Part shown: positions 55,040 to 64,000 of the stretch, piece by piece
Position numbering within the stretch: position 1 is the first letter of the stretch
How the letters are laid out: every line of letters starts with the position of its first letter
Origin: Octopus vulgaris
Taxonomy: Eukaryota
DNA length: 64,000 nucleotides
Assembly (NCBI GenBank): GCA_951406725.2
Contig: OX597819.1
Coordinates: 106,888,001-106,952,000 of the forward strand
Reading direction: 5' to 3'
Notes under the pieces: model-generated
What the model saw: the letters and a program-made list of their open reading frames with translations, nothing else
The model's database searches: none
What the model was told of the DNA's origin: nothing
Position numbers and translations under genes: made by a program

Positions 55040-56346
55040 ATAAATGAGAGGAAATGGAATGAACGACATACTTTATTTAAAAACCACTGCAATTGTTTCG
55101 CCATCACAACTTTCTCTATCATTGTCACTGAGACGGTCACACGCTACACACCCTCCTTTCAAGCAACTGTGCGTAGGCCTCTGAACAAGTATCATGTTCA
55201 GACACCTACGGAAAGTTGCAAAAAATGTATGGAGAGAAGTCTATGAGCCGTACACAAGTGTACGAGTGGTTCAGACGTTTCCAAGATGGCCGACGAAATG
55301 TCGATATTGACGAACGTTGTGGGAGACCTGCAACCAGCAAAACTGAGAAAAGTATTGCAGATATGCGTGCAGATGTGATGGGTAATCGTCGAATCACCAC
55401 CCGTGAGTTATCAGAGGATGTGCAAATTAGTTACGATTCAGTTCAGTCCATTATCACTGACGATTTCGATATAAGATGCGTGTCCATACATTGGGGTTTC
55501 AGTTGCATAAAATCTCCTTGATTGCGTCAAAAATGATGAACACGTTTTAAAATTTACTTAGGCCTCTGAGGACGTATCGCCAAACCTTTGGCACAATTTG
55601 ATATATTGGGTTGTCCAGAAAGTTCGTACCGATTTATAGTAGCTTACCTTTCGACTTATTTTAGAACGTGTTTCATTCCATAAAATAGGATTTGACTACA
55701 CCTCCATTTAGAGCACAGTTTAAGCTATATATTCGTGGAAGGTTTATGTTCCTATAACTTGTGTTAATTCTGTAACCCTTTAAAATGGAAGATAAGAAAG
55801 TTCATTTTTGGCACTCGGTGCTTTGGGAACCAGACAAAAATTGCTGCAGCTCGGCTGGGATGTGTTACCCGACCCTCCATATTCACCAGATATTGCTCCT
55901 TAGGGTTTCCGCTTATTGAGGTCTCTGCAGAATAGTCTTACTGGTAAAAACTTTAATTCCTTGCTTGACGTTAAAAGATATCTTGATGGATTCTTTGCCA
56001 TAAACCACCTCAATTCTGGGAAGAGGGTATTTTCAAATTAAAGGAAAAATGAAGACGCATTATGCAACAACATGGTTCATATTTAGTTGATTAAAAATGT
56101 AATGGCAAGTATTTATTACCTTTTTCTTTCCTTTAAAAATCGGCACGAATTTGCCGGACAACCCAAAAGATTCTCTGCTCAAAGTTCTCTGTCATGGTTA
56201 GTGTCGTGATCATACGCAACACACCTTCCTTCCAACTCAAATAAGCAGAATTGAGGTAAAACACTAGACAACAAAGCAGCTTCATTCTGCGTGCATTAGA
56301 GACTAGTTACTATAGAAATAGTCCCAATACTTATTGATCGGACCAC

Positions 56347-56349
<3 letters not shown>
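55040..56349. mobile_element. Rearranged mariner remnants (mixed orientation) interrupted by a nested mariner MITE
   Basis: ORF 55216..55521(+) KMYGEKSMSRTQVYEWFRRFQDGR..DERCGRP..RRITTRELSE is a mariner HTH region. The minus-strand 5' end MTENFEQR|IKLCQRFGDT is split by the insert. TIR-like TACGTGGTCCGATCAATAAGTATTGGGACT ends at ~56349. Confidence 0.75.
55606..56166 (+). mobile_element. Internally deleted mariner (MITE-like) with TIRs
   Basis: TTGGGTTGTCCAGAAAGTTCGTACCGATTT / AAATCGGCACGAATTTGCCGGACAACCCAA, with TA on the left. Internal GWDVLP.PPYSPDIAP motif. Confidence 0.88.
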
Positions 56350-56413
<64 letters not shown>

Positions 56414-56414
56414 T

Positions 56415-56720
56415 GGCATTATTACACATACATGCCACACGCTAAGAGGGACATTAGTCATTTCTACCAAAAAATTTTACTAATCATACCCAATGCAATT
56501 TTTCAAAGCAAGACATTTAAAAGACGTTTATTTATGATATGTTCAGAATCAGTCTTGCTGATGAGTACGGTCGCAACTGCGGTAAGTACGAAATCACAGG
56601 TGATACAAGACTAAATTCATTTTTTAAATGTCTTGCTTTGAAAAATTGCATTGGGTAAAATTTTTTGGTAGAAATGACTAATGTCCCTCTTAGCGTGTGG
56701 CATGTATGTGTAATAATGCC
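56415..56720. mobile_element. Foldback element: ~100-bp inverted repeats with a canonical hammerhead in the spacer
   Basis: 56415-56522 is the reverse complement of 56622-56720 apart from one ~9-nt indel. It lies between microsatellite/TA-rich flanks. Confidence 0.9.
56551..56612 (+). ncRNA. Canonical type I hammerhead ribozyme
   Basis: AGTCTTG-CTGATGA-GTAC-ggtcgcaactgcggtaa-GTAC-GAAA-TCAC-ag-GTGA-T-A-CAAGACT. Stem I is 7 bp, the core is intact, and stems II and III are complete. Predicted cleavage is after A56605 (AUA). Confidence 0.88.
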
Positions 56721-56853
56721 CTCTATATATAAATTAATATGTTCAATAAGAAAGAATTATTTTCGAAATTTTTCTCTTATGAGGTTTTTCACGCTATCTA
56801 CCTGATAATTTCTTCTTAAGATTCCTTATTAAGAAGTTATCGTTAATTGTTAA

Positions 56854-56904
<51 letters not shown>

Positions 56905-57394
56905 CATACAACATCCTATACTGGACGAGGTTACTTCATTTTAGCCCCAGGAAAACATCTTCTCCAGCAGGGTACCGACACATGGTCTGTAGTAACATCG
57001 ACCTTTGTAGTACTGCCACATTGTGTTGGCAAAGAGATTTTACCTGTTCGGTACTGTTAATACGTATTTCTCTCTCAGTGACTTAAAACTATTAATCTTT
57101 TTGTCATGAGCAAGGACGAGTGATTGTCCGGTGATTCTCCTGTACCGCAGAAGGGGGTCGAAGAGCGTAGGCTCGAAACATTACAGACTATTTCACTTCC
57201 CGAGTGTTAAACTAATAAATCAGTTTGTTGTCTACAACACCTGTCTTAGTATTTTGCTTTTTTGTGAATTCTCCCTATATATATATATGTGTGTGTGCGT
57301 GTGCGTGTGTGTGTGTGTATGTGTGTGTACACATATGCATGCATGTATCTATCTATGCATAGTATGAATGTATAAAACTACGTTACCCTTATAG

Positions 57395-59094
57395 TTCGCC
57401 CACGTGGACGCACCAGTTGATCCTGACTCCTCTCATCACCCACGAACTTCTACGGATTCTCTACTGGATTTTCTACACTTCAGCTGCACCTCTCCTGTCC
57501 ATGGATTGCACTGGACTCCTCTGTTGATTAAAAATCGCCCCAATACACCACGACGTTCGAAGCTTGTAAACGTTTTGAACTTTTCGTAACTTTTTATACT
57601 TTCTAAAATTTTATTGTACTTTCTGCTTTTTCTTATTGTCGTTTATTCCCATTCTGTTTGTTCTTACTCCGTTTTCTCTATTCCGCACCTGTTACCTTGC
57701 CCTTCTCTCCCTCCTTTCTTTTCCCTTTTTGTCCTCTCTTCTCCCCTTCCTCCCCCTTTTCTCTTTGTTTCTTCCGTCTTCGTCCTTTCTTCTCCCACCT
57801 CTCATATATACTTTTTCTCATCACGCCTTTTGCATTTATTCTCCTCACGCGTTTTGCTTTTTATCTCCCCACACCTTTTGAATTTTCCCTCCAATGTCTT
57901 TATTTACCTTGTCCCTCCCCCATTTCCACTGTTTTTTCTCTTTTCTTTCTCTTCTCCTCTCGTTTTACAATCATGACCGATTACATACCTTTCCTCCTCC
58001 TCCTCCATTACCATCTAAAACATTACCTTTGCAGACTTCCTTTCCGCTGCTTTCAGCCTTCTATTAACCTTTCCCTACTAATTTTCAAAAAAACTCGTTT
58101 CTGTAGTCACATTTCCTTTCTCGGTCGCTGCTTACATAACCACCCCATCCCTAAAGGTTTCCGCCTCCATTTCCACCCCAATCTCCTCTCTGCTACAACC
58201 ACCCTACCCATACTCTGTACTACATCCTACCCATACTCCGTGCTACATCCTACAGCATTATGCGTACCACCATTCGCTCTAATCTCTCCAAAATACACAC
58301 CATCGACTGTCTTCTCCCTCTCGTTTTTTCCATCTTCTTCTACTCTCAGTGGCCCTCCCATGCAAAAACTACGTTACGTTACATAATTCAATTAAATCAA
58401 CTCGTTCATCAATTTCTTGCTCACACCAAACAACGTAAACTCCACTCACTCCTCCATTCCATCACACCCGGTGCCACTACCCCAGCTCCTCCACTACCTC
58501 TCTCTCCCTCTCTGATACGCTCCGCCCACTCTGACACAGCTTTCCACCATCCCCACCTCCCCTCCTCCTTCTTTCCCATCCACCCCTTCTCCACTTCAGT
58601 CTGTTGTTACCATTGCTCCAGATATTCCCCTCTCGGAGGCGGAGCGCTCCCTCCTCAGTAGGGGGTCTGCGCTCCATCCCCCTGACTCCATCCAGCAACG
58701 AATTTCAGATTCGTGCCGATATCTACAGTTATGTGCGCCGTGTTAGGTTGTGTGCACTTTTCTACGGCACTCTACCTACATCTAATGAGGAGAACTGCTT
58801 CATCGACCTGGGCCGCCGACCATCCGGTGGACGCCGGCTCCTGGCCAGTTCCAAGGAGTCGATTTCTTTGCAGATGCCTGCAAGCGCGCTGTAGACCGGT
58901 TTAACTTTTCCAGACGTCCCCGTCATCTGAACATCTCCCCAGCCGAACTCTCGGACCTTCAATGTCACCGACTCCGCACTGACGTCATCATAAAACCAGC
59001 CGACAAGGGTGGAGCCGTGGTGTTGTGGCGCGTGGACCTCTACAAGGCAGAAGCTCTCCGCCAACCTCAAGACACCTCCTTCCTCACGCCCAGC

Positions 59095-59095
<1 letters not shown>
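57395..59095 (+). mobile_element. 5' portion of a Neptune-type Penelope-like element (degraded, 3'-truncated)
   Basis: SHISFLGRCL..H.IPKGFRLHF, TKQRKL, LS.AERS.LS.GL..IP, DVIIKPADKGGAVVLWRVDLYKAEALRQ.QDTSF. A pLTR-like piece with GAGCGTAGGCTCGAAAC lies at ~57160-57275. Confidence 0.85.
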
Positions 59096-59191
<96 letters not shown>

Positions 59192-59296
59192 ATATATACA
59201 CACACATATGCAAGCATGTATGTATCTATCTATGTATGAATGTATAAAACTATGTTACCCTTAAGTCCTTCCTTTCTTAATACAGTAGGATGCTAA

Positions 59297-59697
59297 GGCG
59301 GTGAGCTGGCAGAAATGTTACACACCGGGCGAAATGCTTGGCGGTATTTCGTCTGTCTTTATGTTCTGAGTTCAAATTCCACCGAGGTCGACTTTGCATT
59401 TCATCCTTTCGGGGTCGATTAAATAAGTACCAGTTACTTACTGGGGTCGATATAATCGACTTAATCCGTTTGTCTGTCCTTGTTTGTCCTATCTGTGTTT
59501 AGCCCCTTGTGGGTAGTAAAGAAATATGTATTTCGTCTGTCTTTATGTTCTGAGTTCATATTCCACCGACGTCAACTTTGCCTTTCATCATTTCGGGGTC
59601 GATAAATTAAGCACCAGTCGCTTACTGGTGTCGATCTAATCGACTGGGCCCCTACCTTCAAATTTCGGGCCTTGTGTCGAGAGTAGAAAAGAATATA
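59297..59697 (+). mobile_element. SINE family A with internal tandem duplication
   Basis: GGCGGTGAGCTGGCAGAA head, two B-box/central-domain units, and GGGCCTTGTGTCGAGAGTAGAAAAGAAT tail. Confidence 0.9.
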
Positions 59698-60673
59698 GTA
59701 GGATGCTACCTGAGACAGATTTGTCTGTAATATCTTGCTGAACGACCGCCTCAAACATGCTATTTTGTTTCCCTGACTCACACAGCCTTCTATTATACTT
59801 TTTCAATCGTGCATAGAATAAAGGGAGGAACACATTAAACTATATAAAAAAAAAAACTTTATATACTGAAGTTATCTATGTCAAAATCAATTTGATAAAA
59901 ATATTATGTTCACTGTAATGTGTTAAGTTAATAAAAAAGCGAAATAACGAAGAAGTGGTAACATGTTAGATATCTACATCTTTTCAAACGGAAAATGTTT
60001 AAAAAAACACTGGAACTCAATCTTACGTTAAATCTCTGTAAATATTTTGAAATATAGAACTAATTTGTATTCGAACTGTGAAAAGCGATCTGATAGATTA
60101 TGATATTTTCTACAACATAAAATCCAATTTCATTCTGATAAGTAACTGTTTATTCATTTGCTAACATTTACTGCCAATAACAGAATCGTAACAACATAAT
60201 TACTTTCTATATATGTGTTTGTTACAATAAGTAAATTAAATTAGTGAATAGTAAATTATATCCACGTACATTCAACAAATGGTATTTTTTCTTACAGTAT
60301 CTATTGTTTATATACATTCTCGGAAAGCAAAAGAAATAATGGTGTGATGATACTGTAAATAATCACAATATTAGAATATCTATAAATCAATGAAGAGTGA
60401 TATTATTATACACCCGCCAACACATACTGAGTTGCTTAGATTGGCAAACACACGCCTCCACAAACACTTATAAAAAATTCATTGTCAGTGAAATCGCACT
60501 AACGGCGCGATACAGTTTATTCAAATAGTGACTATAAGCCACGTACACGAAAACCTTCGACACCTCTATGGATAAAGTGATATTTTCTATTAAAATTTAC
60601 ATGAAAATTGAATCGTTTATTTAGTCAAACATTATTGGCTTTATGTATATAAGAACAAAAGCAATTTTAATTT

Positions 60674-60731
<58 letters not shown>

Positions 60732-60751
60732 CAAAAGCAATTTTTATTTAT

Positions 60752-60787
<36 letters not shown>

Positions 60788-61202
60788 TTTATATATATAT
60801 GGAAGGGATGTTTGTGTAGTAACTTGTAAGTACCCCAATACCTCACAAGAGAACATGATTCATATATCTAAATATTTAAACTTACTTGCGTTCGTTTCAA
60901 GAATGTCAAGAAATGTGAAAAGAAAGTCAGAAGGTAGGCCGAGATTCACGTCAGCAACTAGAGCAGAAAAAATTATACCATTTACTAATCGCATGTAAGG
61001 TTCAAGGTTTACATACATATATGCAGATACAGGTATTATATATATATATATATATAATTCATGTTTACAGAAAACAAAAGACGATGATAGTTGTAGGATG
61101 AACAAGCAGGTGTATTAGTTTAAAGCACAGGAAGAATGAAAAAATCTTTTCTTTGACACAAAGGATTAAGAGGAGAGAGAAGGAGAAAAAAAACGGAATA
61201 TA

Positions 61203-61735
61203 CAGGGTGTCCCAAAAATCACTATATACTTTTTTCTATTTCGTTTCATGCATCATCCGGTGAGAAGGGAGGCCATCAGCATTTGACATCGTAGACTTCG
61301 CAACTTTTGTAAGTGTATCATTCCCTTGCCCTTGGCACACCATACCACCAGATTCGGAGAGACTCACTGATGTTCGAAAATTTATGCTGGTTTTGATTTT
61401 CGCCAAATTCAACACTTGTGTCGGTGTACCCGTCCAGAGAGGTGAAAGACTCATCTCTGAACCATTTTGGCAATGTTAGAGGAGTGATTCACACATTTAC
61501 ACACGAGCATCACTTGCAATGAACTGCAGTAGGACAATGAAAAAATTCTTTCCAGGTGGCAATTTTGCAAGGCTGCTTTAATGTCAATTGGCAAGCCATG
61601 GGCAAGGAAATGATACATTTACACAAACTGCAAAGTCTAAGGTGTCAAATGCTGATGGCCTCACGTCTCTCTGTATGATACTTGAAAATGAAATTAAAAA
61701 AAAAGAAATTGTATAGTGACTTTCGGGGCACCCTG
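61203..61735. mobile_element. Tc1/mariner-type MITE
   Basis: TA|CAGGGTGTCCCAAAAATCACTATA ... TATAGTGACTTTCGGGGCACCCTG|TA, plus internal inverted segments (GGCCATCAGCATTTGACA / TGTCAAATGCTGATGGCC). Confidence 0.88.
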
Positions 61736-61748
61736 TATATATATATAT

Positions 61749-61975
61749 GGAGGCGCAATGGCCTAGTGGTTAGGGCAGCGGACTTGCGGTCGGAGGATCG
61801 CGGTTTCGATTCCCAGACCGGGCGTTGTGTGTGTTTATTGAGCGAAAAAAACACCTAAAAGCTCCTCGAGGCTCCGGCAGGAGGTGGTGATCCCTGCTGT
61901 ACTCTTTCACCACTCTAAAGGCGGTGCTCCAGCATGGCCGCAGTCAAATGACTGAAACAAGTACAAAAAAAGAAA
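61749..61975 (+). mobile_element. tRNA-derived SINE family C head joined to a family B 3' tail
   Basis: A-box TGGCCTAGTGG and B-box GGTTTCGATTCC. From ~61916, TAAAGGCGGTGCTCCAGCATGGCCGCAGTCAAATGACTGAAACAAGT matches the tail of 46690-47112. Confidence 0.8.
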
Positions 61976-62039
61976 AATATATATATATATATATATATAT
62001 TTAACGGCGGTGTATCAGCATGGCCACAGCTCTGGGTGT

Positions 62040-62910
62040 CAAGAGCAATACATTGGCCAAACAAAAAATAGCATTCAACCAACACATAGACATTTGCGCC
62101 AACAACAAAAATCCAAGCTTCAGAATATTTCCCCTCTACCAATTCAGGGACGATACAGCCTGGAACCAACGAATTAGTAAAGAAACTCTGTTTATTACAA
62201 AATACAGTCCCCTTCCGAACAGGTCTACGACAAAGGACATGTCCACCTCGGCCTTAGAACAACACAAATACACACGAAAATATTTAAAATGATACACTCA
62301 AGAGATTCCCAAGAATTCATTAAAAAACAGTGCTAATCACTGCTATAATCCTTAACGTGCCAATTTTAAGTCATTTAACACTTTACTACTTTCTACATTC
62401 ATTCTTATTCTCCCTTCTCTTTCTTCTTCTTCTTCTTCTTCTTCTTCTTCTTCTTCTTCTTCTTCTTCTTCTTCTTCTTCTCCTTCTCCTTTCTCCTTCC
62501 TAACTTTATCACAAATGCTTTTTAGATAACACCGACTCAAATTCTATAAACAAAACATTCTAAAGAAATATTTTTATGAATTGAACAGCGACTGCTGCCA
62601 TCTACTGACCATTCAAAATACTACTATCATGGCACTCCCAATTATTCCCCTCCTTCCCCTTCTCCTCCTTAATTTTTTTCTTCTTCTTCTTCCCTACCAA
62701 GAATTCACAAGAACCTCGAACCCATAAGAGTAAACAAGAGTCACAGAGAGAGGCAGGAACAAGAAAATGCCATTTGTATTTGAACACTATGCAAATATTC
62801 ATTTAAAAAATTTATCTTTTAATTTTTCTAAATTTAATTATTTAATTGTTACAGTTGAAAAAGTCTCAATGACTGAAACCGGTACTGAAATGTATTTTAT
62901 AAAATTATTT
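62040..62910 (+). mobile_element. 3' remnant of a Penelope-like element (GIY-YIG C-terminus and pLTR)
   Basis: FNQHIDICA..FRIFPLYQF..QRISKETLFITKYSPLPN resembles the PLE endonuclease C-terminus (R..E..FI....P.LN). It is followed by (CTT)n and a hammerhead. Confidence 0.65.
62849..62890 (+). ncRNA. Minimal hammerhead motif with U3:A8 core variant
   Basis: TTACAG-TTGAAAA-AGTC-tcaat-GACT-GAAA-CCGG-T-A-CTGAAA. Palindromic stem III ACCGGT and a GUA site. Confidence 0.7.
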
Positions 62911-63033
62911 TAGCATTTTCTATCTTGACTTTTTTTTCCATATATATATGTGTGTGTGTGTGTATATATATACTTATATATGTTGTGTATGTGTGTGTGT
63001 GGATAGACAGACATGCAGACAAACAGATAGATG

Positions 63034-63107
<74 letters not shown>

Positions 63108-63202
63108 AAACAACGTTAATTTATTTCTATTGTAGTAGAAATATAGGAAAAATAGAATTTGAAAATGCTCTGGGAGTATTTAAAATATATTTTTTATTAT
63201 TA

Positions 63203-63439
63203 CTAGCTTAAGGTGACCCGCTCTACGCGCGGGTAAGAGTGTGGTTGTTACTTTCTGTTGCTTCCTTTCTGCTTTTTATCACTACATTCTCCCTCTTTCT
63301 TTCTCTCTCATTTCTCTTTCACTTTCCCACTCTCTTGCTCTTCATTTTTCTCGGACTCTCCTTCGCTTTCTCTTACTCTCTATTTTTCTCTATCTATCTA
63401 TCTCCCATTTATAAACAACAAAAGATCTTGCAGACAGAC

Positions 63440-63480
<41 letters not shown>

Positions 63481-63917
63481 TGGTGAAGGAAAGATAGTAG
63501 ACGCTATCAAATGACGTTATACAGAGAATGTGAAAAGAAGGGAGGAGAGAGAGAGAGAGAGAGATGGAGGAAAACAAGCAGACAATAGAATGCGATGGCG
63601 GCGAGGGTAAGATAATAGACGCTGTGAAACGACGTTATAGATAGAAAGTAATGGGAAGGGAGGAAAGAGAGTGAGTGATGGAGGAAGACAGATACATAAA
63701 AGAATGAGAGTAGACTTGTCAAATTGCGTTTTTGGCCCTAGCAACGACACTTTTTAAAATGAGGATTTCTAACGTAGCCCACTCGCATCCTCACCTCACT
63801 TTACATGTTCCTGTAAATTTTGGAGTCAATCCGACGGGATCTAGTGGCATTTAACCTGTTCTCAATACCAAAACCAGACAAACAAACTTTTCGCATTTCA
63901 GAATTATAATATAGAGA
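63203..63917 (-). mobile_element. Non-autonomous Helitron
   Basis: Minus strand A|TCTCTATATTATAAT ... GC-rich hairpin ACCCGC-gcgtaga-GCGGGT (63216-63234) about 10 nt before a terminal CTAG|T. Inserted between A and T with no TSD. Confidence 0.82.
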
Positions 63918-64000
63918 TATTTAAAGGTTTAACTGGTTTCACAGTGTGCACTAATTTTCAAAAAGTTGAAATAGAAAGATGTGGCTTACGTCGCAGCTCT

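Noticed and set aside
57614-58386. Long F/L/S/P-rich ORFs that look like membrane proteins
   Set aside because: Products of a CT-rich tract in the PLE 5' region.

Overview
AT-rich, microsatellite-dense eukaryotic (animal) genomic DNA. The repeat content (tRNA-derived SINEs beginning GGCGGTGAGCTGGCAGAA, Penelope-like elements, mariners, (TA)n/(ACAT)n/(AGAT)n tracts) suggests an octopus/cephalopod genome, which is an inference. Only one convincing host gene is present: a class A peptide GPCR of the myosuppressin/FMRFamide/sex-peptide-receptor-like group on the minus strand (10275-11429), with no introns in its coding region. The rest is mostly transposable-element debris: CR1/L2-like and RTE LINEs, R4/Dong-like RLE retrotransposons, a Gypsy remnant, Penelope-like elements (Neptune-like, Naiad-like and others), Tc1/mariner remnants and MITEs, a non-autonomous Helitron and many SINEs. 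Most short ORFs in the supplied track are microsatellite or antisense artefacts. The most striking signal, found by reading the sequence, is a set of at least 8 type I hammerhead ribozyme motifs. They lie mostly inside small foldback (inverted-repeat) elements and show three different base pairs at core positions 3:8 (C-G, G-C, U-A). One is fused to a tRNA-derived Pol III head in a head-to-head palindrome. Boundaries of degraded elements are approximate, and no RNA folding software or database search was run.
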